Source: Candidatus Nanohaloarchaea archaeon
GTDB taxonomy: Archaea > Nanohalarchaeota > Nanosalinia > Nanosalinales > Nanosalinaceae
Reading direction: 5' to 3'
Assembly (NCBI GenBank): GCA_046539225.1
Contig: JBKHHG010000002.1
Span: 1-40,940, forward strand
DNA: 40,940 nt
Positions 8,470 to 16,935 of this stretch are shown piece after piece. The notes under the pieces are model-generated. The model had not been told where the DNA came from. It did no database searches and saw only the letters and a list, made by a program, of their open reading frames with translations. How positions within the stretch are numbered: the stretch's first letter is position 1; each line of letters begins with the position of its first letter. A program made the position numbers and the translations under genes.

Positions 8470-9804
8470 GTGGGACACGACCTGAAGGACTGGGAGATCA
8501 GGCAGTACTACGAGCAGGAGGCCTTGAAGCAGAATTTTCTTGAGCTCAGCGAGTACAGGGAAGTCGTGCCCACGTATGAAAACGGCTACGGTAAACGGCC
8601 GGATGCGATAAACTTTCCCGGGGATTTTGACCAGTTCGTGGAGAACGGTGCGGTAGCTTTCCATGCATCTGTCGAGCGCTGGAAGAACCCTCTTCTGATC
8701 GACCAGGTCTCAGATCTTGACGACTTGAGAACAGGCTGGGACCTCGTGCTTGACATCGACTGCGACGAAAGCTTTGACCTGGCGAAGAAGACCGCGGAGC
8801 TTGTGGTGGAGGAGCTGCACCAGCACGGAATAGATAATATATCTGTGAAGTTTTCAGGAAACCGTGGGTTCCACATCGGTGTCAGGGGCGAGGCCTTTCC
8901 AGAGGAGATTGGTGAAGAAAAGTTCTCGGATCTCTATCCTAACCTGGCGAGAGGTATCGTCGACTACCTTAGATCAGAGCTGAAGGATCGGATGGCGAAG
9001 GCTGTAAGGGATCAAGGCCTTGAAAAAGAGATGCAGGTTGACGACGGTGTCGACCCATACCAGGTCTCGGATATTGAAAACGACTGGGGACAGCGCCACC
9101 TCTTCAGAATGCCTTACTCGCTTCACAACGGTTCAGGCCTTGTATCCCTTCCAATCAAACCTGGAGAGATCGCAGAGTTCGAGAAAGAAGATGCGGAGAT
9201 CGAAAACGTGGATTTTGAAACCGGTTTTCTTGAAGAATTCGAGGACGGAGAGGCTACAAATCTCGCGGTCCAGGCCCTGGACTTTATCGAGGAACGCAGG
9301 GAGGAAAAAAAGAAGGAACGGGTTGAGAAAGACTTTGAGAGGCCTGACGACGCTATCCCAGAGCAGTACTTTCCGCCGTCGATTAAAAACATTCTCTCAG
9401 GCCTGGAAGACGGGAGGAAGAGAGGCCTGTTCATCCTCATCAATTTTTACCGTTGCGTCGGCTATGAGTGGGATGAGATAGAGTCGAAGATCTGGGACTG
9501 GAACCAGAGGAACGACGAGCAGCTTAGAGAGGCCTACGTAAAGTCGCAGTTGCGCTGGCACCGGAACCGGGAAGAGGATGTGCCTCCTCCGAACTACGAC
9601 TCCAACGGCTACTACAAGGATATGCAGGTGTACGAGGGCGACAACCTGGAGGAAAAGGTTTCAAACCCTGTGAGTTATGCTTTCAGGAAGGCGAAGAAAC
9701 GCGAGCCTGACGAGGATAAGGAAGAGTTTGTCTGTGAGATCTGCGGCAAGGAGTACCAGATAGAGTCTTACTACAAGGAGCACGTGAAGCAGTGCTTTGA
9801 CTGA
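8470..9804 (+). CDS. Fused primase PriS-PriL (DPANN type) with C-terminal Zn finger
   Basis: WDLVLDID and FSGNRGFH (PriS), FRMPYSLH, PriL-CTD-like FPPSIKNILSGLEDGRKR, terminal CEICG...HVKQC; between pcn and GINS. Confidence 0.92.
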   Translation: MGHDLKDWEIRQYYEQEALKQNFLELSEYREVVPTYENGYGKRPDAINFPGDFDQFVENGAVAFHASVERWKNPLLIDQVSDLDDLRTGWDLVLDIDCDESFDLAKKTAELVVEELHQHGIDNISVKFSGNRGFHIGVRGEAFPEEIGEEKFSDLYPNLARGIVDYLRSELKDRMAKAVRDQGLEKEMQVDDGVDPYQVSDIENDWGQRHLFRMPYSLHNGSGLVSLPIKPGEIAEFEKEDAEIENVDFETGFLEEFEDGEATNLAVQALDFIEERREEKKKERVEKDFERPDDAIPEQYFPPSIKNILSGLEDGRKRGLFILINFYRCVGYEWDEIESKIWDWNQRNDEQLREAYVKSQLRWHRNREEDVPPPNYDSNGYYKDMQVYEGDNLEEKVSNPVSYAFRKAKKREPDEDKEEFVCEICGKEYQIESYYKEHVKQCFD

Positions 9805-9845
9805 AGCACAATGTAAAAAGTTTTCACCTCCGAACTTTAGATAGG

Positions 9846-10466
9846 ATGGAAGCACTCACCTTCAGCGACCTCAGAAGAATCCAGAAAAATGAGAGGAACA
9901 GCGAAGAACTTACAGAGATCGACGATGATTTCATAGTCAAGGCGAACGAATACCTTCAACGCAAAGAGGAAAACGCCGATAGAAGGGAGTACAACTCCTC
10001 GAAAAGAGTGTACAACAAGATAATAGCACTGCGGGAGGAAAAAGTCGTGGAAAACGCCCGTAGAGCACTGCGATCCGACATCAAGGCCTCAGAGCTCAGC
10101 CTTCTGCCCCGGGAAAAAGAACTCTTCAGAGAAACCCGGGAACTATTCGAAAAACACCGTGACCGGTTGAAAGAAGGCCTCGAATCCGAGACCCGGGACG
10201 TGGAGACAGAACAGGAGAGACACGAAGAGGCATCAGAAGAAGCCGAGGACAAAGATATAATTGAAGAGCCCGAAGAAATCGAAGAAGATGAGGCCTCAAA
10301 CGTAGAGGACGGCTACGCCAAGGTGGAGATCATTTCCAACGTGCCGGAGTTCATGGGCACCGACCTCGAAAGCTACGGGCCTTTCGATGAAGGCGACAAA
10401 CCCGTGATTCCTGACGACAACGCAGAGATCCTTGTAAATAGAGGAAACGCCGAGGAAATAAGCTGA
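9846..10466 (+). CDS. GINS subunit (Gins51/Gins15)
   Basis: Helical A domain, acidic linker, B domain PEFMGTDLESYGPF...NAEILVNRG; conserved context. Confidence 0.9.
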   Translation: MEALTFSDLRRIQKNERNSEELTEIDDDFIVKANEYLQRKEENADRREYNSSKRVYNKIIALREEKVVENARRALRSDIKASELSLLPREKELFRETRELFEKHRDRLKEGLESETRDVETEQERHEEASEEAEDKDIIEEPEEIEEDEASNVEDGYAKVEIISNVPEFMGTDLESYGPFDEGDKPVIPDDNAEILVNRGNAEEIS

Positions 10467-10586
10467 AACCTTGTTTCAAAAGCATAACCTTTCTCTTAGA
10501 AATATGCTTGGATTGACTTTCCCGATACAGAGGAGGCCTGTCAATCTAAATAGGCCTTTTTAAAGTTTGGACCCTGAGGTCTATCT

Positions 10587-10889
10587 ATGGTAAAGATTCC
10601 AAAGGAGCAGAGGCGTTACTGCCCTCACTGCGATGAACATACGGAGCAAACCCTGAAGGAAGCGACCAATAGATCCGCGAGTCCGTGGAGCAAGAAGCAC
10701 AGGAAGAGGCAGAGAAAGATCGACAAAGGTTACGGATCATTCCCCTTTGAAGATCCTTCACATCTGAGCAGGGGAGGCAGCAACCCGACATCCAGCAAGC
10801 ACGACCTCCAGTTCACATGCAAGGAATGCGGGAAAAGCTGGAAACCGAGAAACCAGCCGAGAGCTGCAAAGTTCGAGATCGAGCGATAG
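10587..10889 (+). CDS. rpl44e: 50S ribosomal protein L44e
   Basis: KIPK..RRYCPHCDEHT, CKECGK. Confidence 0.93.
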   Translation: MVKIPKEQRRYCPHCDEHTEQTLKEATNRSASPWSKKHRKRQRKIDKGYGSFPFEDPSHLSRGGSNPTSSKHDLQFTCKECGKSWKPRNQPRAAKFEIER

Positions 10890-10902
10890 AGGCGATACAA
10901 AA

Positions 10903-11076
10903 ATGGCAGAAGACTTTGTCAAGGTAGAATGTGGAGAATGCGGAAACAAGCAGAACATCTATTCCCGGGCCAGCACAGAGGTAGAGTGCTTGGTATGCAG
11001 GGAGACAATCGCAAGGCCTACCGGTGGAAAAGCCGAGATCAACGGCCAGATCCTCCAAGAACTCGAAGTAGAGTAA
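10903..11076 (+). CDS. rps27e: 30S ribosomal protein S27e
   Basis: Hand translation: MAEDFVKVECGECGNKQNIYSRASTEVECLVCRETIARPTGGKA. Confidence 0.95.
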   Translation: MAEDFVKVECGECGNKQNIYSRASTEVECLVCRETIARPTGGKAEINGQILQELEVE

Positions 11077-11079
11077 GCA

Positions 11080-11283
11080 ATGGCTCTCTTCGAGAGCGAA
11101 AGATTTCTGGATTCTTACATTGTTTCCCTTAAACTTTTGATCGCGGCCTTCTTCGGAGCACAGCTCTCAATCTAACTTAACGATCCTTTGACTATCCAGG
11201 TTATCAAGCTTTCTGTTACTTTATTAGTAGGTGTAGGCCTCCTCTATCTTGTAAACAGTTTGGAGGAAAAGTTCAGGCCTTGA
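11080..11283 (+). pseudogene. Small two-TM membrane protein gene broken by in-frame TAA (11173-11175)
   Basis: MALFESERFLDSYIVSLKLLIAAFFGAQLSI*LNDPLTIQVIKLSVTLLVGVGLLYLVNSLEEKFRP*. Confidence 0.65.
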
Positions 11284-11331
11284 GCAGCCCCGGATAATGA
11301 CTTTTTAAGAATCACTTTTTATCTTGTAACT

Positions 11332-12078
11332 ATGGAATGGTACAAGGACAGGCCTGATGAAGGAGATTTCGTGGTAGTTGAGATAACGGATGTTGACAAG
11401 AACTCGGCGTACGCCGACCTTGAAGAGTACGACGATATTCGAGGACTGATCCATATATCTGAAGCAAGCAGGAGCTGGGTCCAGGACCTTACAAAGGAGT
11501 TAAGCGAAGGGGAGAAGACTGTTGCCCAGGTTGTCGATACTGAAGATACTATAGGCCTGTCTTTGAAACGTGTAAACAATAATCAGAAGCGTGAAACGAT
11601 GGAGCGCTGGAGGAAGGAGCAGAAGGCCGAGGACTTTATTGGAGACCTTGAGGAAAAGATTGATGTCGACAGTATCTATGAGGACGTTGTTTTTCCGCTT
11701 CAGGAAGAGCTTGGCTCTTCTTTCCAGGGCTTTGAGATCTCGATTGCTGAGGAGGAACGACTGAAAAAGTTTTTAGACGACGAGGTTGTTGAGGCGATCC
11801 AGGAGGTCGCCCGTGAAAACATTGACCTGAAGCAGGAGAAGTTTGAAGGCAAGCTGGACGTAGAGTTTTACCAGGGTGACGGCCTTGAAAGGATTAAAGA
11901 GGCCTTCGAGGAGCCGGGTGAAGGCGTTGAAGTTAAATGTATTTCAGCACCTAACTACTCGATTGAGGCCTGGGGCAGGACTCAGGAACTGGCGAAGAAA
12001 CGTATGGATGACGCGGTTGAGAAAATCCGTTCAAAGGTTGAAGAGCTTGATGGAGAGTTCGAGTTCTCAAAGGCATAA
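11332..12078 (+). CDS. eif2a: Translation initiation factor aIF2 alpha
   Basis: S1 domain PDEGDFVV, GLIHISE, LSLKRV, ISAPNY. Confidence 0.95.
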   Translation: MEWYKDRPDEGDFVVVEITDVDKNSAYADLEEYDDIRGLIHISEASRSWVQDLTKELSEGEKTVAQVVDTEDTIGLSLKRVNNNQKRETMERWRKEQKAEDFIGDLEEKIDVDSIYEDVVFPLQEELGSSFQGFEISIAEEERLKKFLDDEVVEAIQEVARENIDLKQEKFEGKLDVEFYQGDGLERIKEAFEEPGEGVEVKCISAPNYSIEAWGRTQELAKKRMDDAVEKIRSKVEELDGEFEFSKA

Positions 12079-12083
12079 AAACA

Positions 12084-12233
12084 ATGATAAGAAAATGTAC
12101 TGAATGTGAGGCCTACACCCTCAGTGATAAGCACTGCGGGGGGGATACCGTGACTTCGAGGCCTCCAAAGTTTTCGTTTCCCGATAAGTACGGCAAGTAC
12201 CGTAGAAAGACCAAGAAAGGTGAACAAGAATGA
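12084..12233 (+). CDS. nop10: H/ACA RNP protein Nop10
   Basis: Hand translation: MIRKCTECEAYTL...PPKFSFPDKYGKYRR; canonical position after aIF2a. Confidence 0.93.
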   Translation: MIRKCTECEAYTLSDKHCGGDTVTSRPPKFSFPDKYGKYRRKTKKGEQE

Positions 12234-12991
12234 CTACCGAGATTACCGTCGATGAAGAACTCGACCTGGAAAATCCTCTACTGATTGAAGGCCTTGCAGG
12301 TATCGGCCATGTCGGAAGAAACTGTGTAAGCTACCTGTCCGAGAAGCTTGGCGCCGAACAGGTGGGAATCATAGACTCGCATCACTTCCCGCCCTATACT
12401 ATAGTTGAGGATGACAAGAGCTTGACACCGCTGCAGAACCAGATCTATCATCTGGAGCTTGAGGACCGCGACGTCGTCATGATAGAGGGTAATGCTCAGG
12501 CCTCTTCGGCAGAGGGACATTACGAGATCGCCCACAGGGTGCTTGACTTCGCTGACGAGATCGGGGTGGAGGAGATAATCACGATCGGCGGCTATGGGAA
12601 AGGCGATGTAGTTGAAGAACCCGAAGTCTTCGGGGCTGTCACCTCTCAGGATGTCAAGTCAGATTACACCAATTACGGTATCAGCTTTGACCACGATGTC
12701 GGCCAGATAGTCGGTATCTCAGGCCTTCTGCTTGGACTGGGAGAGCAACGCGGTAAAAAAGGTATAGCGCTTCTCGGTGAGACACCGGGGTTCCTGATGA
12801 GCGATCCCAAGTCGACGGAGGCCGTTCTCCAGGTTATGGAGCAGATTCTCGATGTAGATCTGGATTACTCAGATCTCGATGAAAAAGTTGAAGAGTCGCA
12901 AGAAGTGCTTAAAAAACTTCAGAACCTTAAAGGTTCACAGGAAGCCGACGATCAGCAACAGCAGGGCAGCGATCTCGGCTACATAGGGTGA
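12230..12991 (+). CDS. PAC2-family proteasome assembly chaperone-like protein
   Basis: [40 protein letters not shown] end. Confidence 0.92.
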   Translation: MTTEITVDEELDLENPLLIEGLAGIGHVGRNCVSYLSEKLGAEQVGIIDSHHFPPYTIVEDDKSLTPLQNQIYHLELEDRDVVMIEGNAQASSAEGHYEIAHRVLDFADEIGVEEIITIGGYGKGDVVEEPEVFGAVTSQDVKSDYTNYGISFDHDVGQIVGISGLLLGLGEQRGKKGIALLGETPGFLMSDPKSTEAVLQVMEQILDVDLDYSDLDEKVEESQEVLKKLQNLKGSQEADDQQQQGSDLGYIG

Positions 12992-12999
12992 CAAATAGA

Positions 13000-13158
13000 A
13001 TGGAATACACAAGATACGAGAGAGCAAGAGTTCTCGGTGCGAGAAGCCTTCAGATCGCTATGGGCGCCCCTACATTTGTAGAAGAAGACGGGGAAGATCC
13101 TATCGATATAGCTGAGAGAGAACTTGAGCAGGGACAGCTCCCGATCACGGTAAAATAA
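13000..13158 (+). CDS. rpoK: RNA polymerase subunit K (Rpo6)
   Basis: Hand translation: [24 protein letters not shown]...LPITVK. Confidence 0.95.
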   Translation: MEYTRYERARVLGARSLQIAMGAPTFVEEDGEDPIDIAERELEQGQLPITVK

Positions 13159-13198
13159 CAACGTTTTCTTTTTTACTTGTACCCCCCAAATTTCATGT

Positions 13199-14320
13199 AT
13201 GAAAGTCGACACTATCTCGCTGAAGAAGATTCTTAACTCACGCGTAAACTATACTGTAGAAACAGAGGTAAACGGCGAAAAGGCCTCGGCGCCTTCAGGA
13301 GCCTCAACAGGCAAGTATGAGGCAAAATGTTTCGTCCCCGAGCATCTTGAAGAGATTGAACAGCTTCTGAAAAAACTGGAGGGCCAGGAGCTTTCTCAGA
13401 AAGAGTTTGACGAAAAACTGAAGGAGCTTGACGGAACAGATGATTTCTCCCGGATTGGCGCCTCGGGAATAGCCTCGAGCTTTGCCTTTAAACAGGCCTC
13501 GGGCTTTGATCTCTCGGAGAGCTTTCCGCTGCCTCTCAGCAATATTGTTGGGGGTGGAGAGCACGGAGGCAACACCTCGATCCAGGAGTTCCTGGTGCTT
13601 CCTGTAAACGCAGATACCTTTCCGGAGGCGATTGAGACCAACAGGAAGATCTACCATGAGATGAAGGAGAGGTATTCGAGAAAGGTTAAAGGGATGAACG
13701 ATGAAGGAGCGTTGATCACCTCGATGGACGATGAACAGACTTTGAAGGCCTTGAAAAAGGTGGCGGATGAACACGATGCGGCGCTGGGAGTTGACGTCGC
13801 AGCTTCAGAGTTCTTCGAGGATGGAAAGTACAGGGTTTCAAGCATGGGTTTGGAGCACGACGCCGAGGGCCAGCTCAAGTTTATCGAAGAACTGATCGAG
13901 GCCTTTGATCTGAAGTACGTGGAGGATCCTTTCGATGAAGAGGATTTCCGGATGCACGCCAAGCTTGCGAAAAAGTTTCCTGACTCGTTGATCTGCGGCG
14001 ACGACCTGTTCACAACCAGCAAGGAGAGACTGAAGAATGGTATTGAAAACGGTTCATGCAACTCGCTGATCGTGAAGCCGAACCAGATCGGTACAGTATC
14101 CGATGCGAGAGAGACGGTGAAGCTTGCGAAGGAAAACGGTTATACCCCGGTTGTTTCGCATCGTTCAGGCGAGACCTGTGACTCTACCATCTCCGATCTT
14201 TCGCTTGAATGGGAGGCCCCGATCATCAAAGCGGGAATCGCGGATATCAGGATCGCAAAACTGAACCAGTTACTGAGGCGCTGGGAGAAAGCTGATAACC
14301 CAGAGATAAACTCGAGATAA
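13199..14320 (+). CDS. eno: Enolase (short, divergent)
   Basis: APSGASTG, DVAASEF, YVEDPF, GDDLF, KPNQIG, SHRSGET. Confidence 0.95.
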   Translation: MKVDTISLKKILNSRVNYTVETEVNGEKASAPSGASTGKYEAKCFVPEHLEEIEQLLKKLEGQELSQKEFDEKLKELDGTDDFSRIGASGIASSFAFKQASGFDLSESFPLPLSNIVGGGEHGGNTSIQEFLVLPVNADTFPEAIETNRKIYHEMKERYSRKVKGMNDEGALITSMDDEQTLKALKKVADEHDAALGVDVAASEFFEDGKYRVSSMGLEHDAEGQLKFIEELIEAFDLKYVEDPFDEEDFRMHAKLAKKFPDSLICGDDLFTTSKERLKNGIENGSCNSLIVKPNQIGTVSDARETVKLAKENGYTPVVSHRSGETCDSTISDLSLEWEAPIIKAGIADIRIAKLNQLLRRWEKADNPEINSR

Positions 14321-14430
14321 GAAAGGGGGAAGGCCTTCACCGTATTTCTTCTTTTTCTCTACTGTATAGTTTTTGAGGTTTCTGAGCCAAAGTCGAGCGG
14401 TATTTAACTTTTGGTATTTAAATCGGGTGT

Positions 14431-15030
14431 ATGACCGAAGAAGAACTTTTGATAGACCGTGAAGAGTACCTGAAACGGGGAGTACATATCGGAACTAAAT
14501 CCCAGCATACAGACATGGATGACTACATATTCCATGTCAAGAAGAACCAGCTATCAGTGATCAACCTGACAAAGACAGATGAACAGATCAGGAATGCTGC
14601 GGAGTTCCTTGCGGACTTCGAGCCCGAGAATATTCTCGTGGTGGGACGGAAGGAAGAGGCCCAGGACGCGATAAATCTTTTCTCTGAAGGCCTCGGAACC
14701 GACAAGATCACCGGGAGGTTTATGCCCGGAACATTGACAAACCCTAACTCTGACAGCTTCACGGAGCCAGAGGTAGTGGTCGTTACAGATCCAGAGCTTG
14801 ATGCACAGGCTATCGAAGAGGCCTCCGACACCAATATCCCGGTCGTCTCGATCGCGGACTCGGAGAACAGCCTTGAAGACATCGACGTTGTAATCCCTGG
14901 AAACACAAAGGGGGAAAACAGTATCGCGACCATTCTCTATCTCGTGGGACAGGAGTACGCAGCTTTGAAAGGCCTTGAATTCGATTACGGGCTTGAGGAG
15001 TTTGCGGAAGTAGAAGAAGCAGAGGAATAA
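14431..15030 (+). CDS. rps2: 30S ribosomal protein S2
   Basis: GVHIGT, GRFMPGTLTNP, IPGN.KG. Confidence 0.96.
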   Translation: MTEEELLIDREEYLKRGVHIGTKSQHTDMDDYIFHVKKNQLSVINLTKTDEQIRNAAEFLADFEPENILVVGRKEEAQDAINLFSEGLGTDKITGRFMPGTLTNPNSDSFTEPEVVVVTDPELDAQAIEEASDTNIPVVSIADSENSLEDIDVVIPGNTKGENSIATILYLVGQEYAALKGLEFDYGLEEFAEVEEAEE

Positions 15031-15545
15031 TGAAAACTGCTATACTTGTAGGCACAGCAAGAGAGGGAAGGAAGACAGGCCTTGTAGCCGAGGCGGTCGA
15101 AGAAGAGTTCTCCAAGCATCATGAGACACAGGTTTTCGATCTAAAGGAGCGGGAAGTTCCGACGATGAGGAAACGTTTGAGCCACGACGAGAACCCTCCG
15201 GAAGACATCGAAAAGTTTTCCGAGATGATCGAGTGGTGTGACATATTGACTATTGTAACGCCGGAGTACAATCACAGCTTCCCGGGGGCGTTGAAAAACT
15301 GTCTTGACTATCTCTACGAAGAGTACAAGGGAAAGCCTTTCAGCTATGTAACGGTTTCAGCCGGTGGATTCGGCGGTGTCAGATCGCAGTCCCATCTCCA
15401 CGACGTTACACTGGCGCTCAACGGCAGGCCAGGCCCCAGCCTCCAGGTCTCAAATGTCAACGACCATTTCTCCCGTGAAAACGTCTCGGAACAGTACAGG
15501 GACAGGATCAGTTCTTTCAGGCAGAGCTGCGAGGATTTCATCTAA
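15030..15545 (+). CDS. NADPH-dependent FMN reductase (SsuE/ChrR family)
   Basis: GTAREGR, TPEYNHSFPGALKN, SAGGFGG. Confidence 0.92.
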   Translation: MKTAILVGTAREGRKTGLVAEAVEEEFSKHHETQVFDLKEREVPTMRKRLSHDENPPEDIEKFSEMIEWCDILTIVTPEYNHSFPGALKNCLDYLYEEYKGKPFSYVTVSAGGFGGVRSQSHLHDVTLALNGRPGPSLQVSNVNDHFSRENVSEQYRDRISSFRQSCEDFI

Positions 15546-15584
15546 CCGTTTCTTTTAAACCCGGCCGTCTCCATATTCTAAACT

Positions 15585-16097
15585 ATGTTTAACATCGGCG
15601 GAGACGACAAAGAGAAACTGAAGGAGAACATGGAAGAGATAAGAGAAATGGTAAACTCCAAAAAACAGGTAGAGGAAACGGAAGAACCAGAACCCTCTAT
15701 GCCGCCGGAACAGAAAGAGGAAAACACTGTTCCACAGGAAACCCCTGAAACCGGAGGCCTACAGAAGGAAAGGCCTCACCAGGAACAGGAGCAGGAAGAT
15801 GAACGCCCGACAGGCCTTTCATCAGGCAGGGATACAAAACAGCACCTGAAGTCCATCAGCTCCGAGATCAAGGATATTGACAGAGAGGAGGAAGAGACTC
15901 TTTTCCTTGAGGTGGATGAGTTCCAGGATGTTCAGGAAATGGTTGAGGAGATGAAGTATCTCTCACGCGAGATGAAGGACCTGATGGAGAGCCTTGAAGA
16001 CGGTGTCGAGGAGGACAGAAGAGTTGAGGGAGAAGCGGAAGAGGTTCTGAACGAGTTCTCCAAGAGAAGGGAGAATGTACAGTCCTCGCTCCAGTGA
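15585..16097 (+). CDS. Hypothetical acidic protein, disordered N-half and coiled-coil C-half
   Basis: TATA-like TTTTAAAC upstream; LFLEVDEF followed by heptads. Confidence 0.75.
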   Translation: MFNIGGDDKEKLKENMEEIREMVNSKKQVEETEEPEPSMPPEQKEENTVPQETPETGGLQKERPHQEQEQEDERPTGLSSGRDTKQHLKSISSEIKDIDREEEETLFLEVDEFQDVQEMVEEMKYLSREMKDLMESLEDGVEEDRRVEGEAEEVLNEFSKRRENVQSSLQ

Positions 16098-16190
16098 AGG
16101 CCTATCGCTCTCTATCCTATTATTTAAAAGTTCATACAGATTTCTTCTATATACCTTGATGAAAGGTCCACTAGAGAGGTTGAACCAAAA

Positions 16191-16565
16191 ATGAGCTACC
16201 AAAAATTCAGTCCAAACGATTCACTCGCAGAGAAAACCTACAACACAGTTGAGAAAGCAGCTGACACCGGCGAAATCGCAGTCGGTACAAACGAAGTTAC
16301 CAAGGCCGTTGAGAGAAACAACGCGGAGCTTGTTATAATTGCAGAAGACGTGTCGCCAGAGGAAATTGTCATGCATCTCCCAGGCCTTGCCGAGGAACGC
16401 GACACTCCGTACACCTTTGTACCGGAGAAGGAAGAGCTCGGGCTTGCAGCAGGTATCAACGTTCAGAGCGCAGCGATCGCGGTCACACAGACAGGAAACG
16501 CGGAAGACGATGTAGAAGACGTTGCAGAAAAAGCGGCTGAACTGCTTGAAAAAGAAGAGGAGTAG
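16191..16565 (+). CDS. rpl7ae: Ribosomal protein L7Ae
   Basis: GTNEVTKAVER, IAEDVSPEEIVMHLP, ELGLAAG. Confidence 0.96.
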   Translation: MSYQKFSPNDSLAEKTYNTVEKAADTGEIAVGTNEVTKAVERNNAELVIIAEDVSPEEIVMHLPGLAEERDTPYTFVPEKEELGLAAGINVQSAAIAVTQTGNAEDDVEDVAEKAAELLEKEEE

Positions 16566-16589
16566 AATCCTCGTTAAGGTGAAGAAAAA

Positions 16590-16766
16590 ATGGTAGCTGC
16601 AAAAGTTATCGAGGTTATAGGCGATCAGGGCCACAGATCCGTACGTAAGGTACGATGCAGAGTTATAGAGGGAGATGAAGAAGGAAAGATTCTCGTGAGA
16701 GACGCTCGAGGCCCTATCCGGGAAGACGATATCGTACACCTCAAAGAAACCCAGATGGAGGGATGA
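16590..16766 (+). CDS. rps28e: 30S ribosomal protein S28e
   Basis: Hand translation: MVAAKVIEVIG...VRCRVIEG...GPIREDDIVHLKET. Confidence 0.93.
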   Translation: MVAAKVIEVIGDQGHRSVRKVRCRVIEGDEEGKILVRDARGPIREDDIVHLKETQMEG

Positions 16767-16772
16767 TACCGA

Positions 16773-16916
16773 ATGAAATGTGATTACTGTGGAGAAGAGG
16801 TCAGGAAAGCTGAAGGCAAGCTTCTTGTGAAGACCTCAGGGAAGAAGCTCTTCTTCTGCTCCGGCAAATGCCAGAAGAACCATCAAAAAGACAGGAAACA
16901 CGAGTACCCGGAGTGA
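16773..16916 (+). CDS. rpl24e: 50S ribosomal protein L24e (short)
   Basis: Hand translation: MKCDYCGEEV...GKKLFFCSGKCQKN. Confidence 0.92.
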   Translation: MKCDYCGEEVRKAEGKLLVKTSGKKLFFCSGKCQKNHQKDRKHEYPE

Positions 16917-16935
16917 GGCCTGAAGTGATGCCTGT

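Noticed and set aside
1543..11283. Stop-codon reassignment suggested by in-frame stops
   Set aside because: The two cases use different codons (TAG, TAA) and all three stops terminate conserved genes normally
12138..12144. G7 tract in nop10 as a phase-variation or frameshift site
   Set aside because: The frame is intact (Gly-Gly-Asp) and the tract is short
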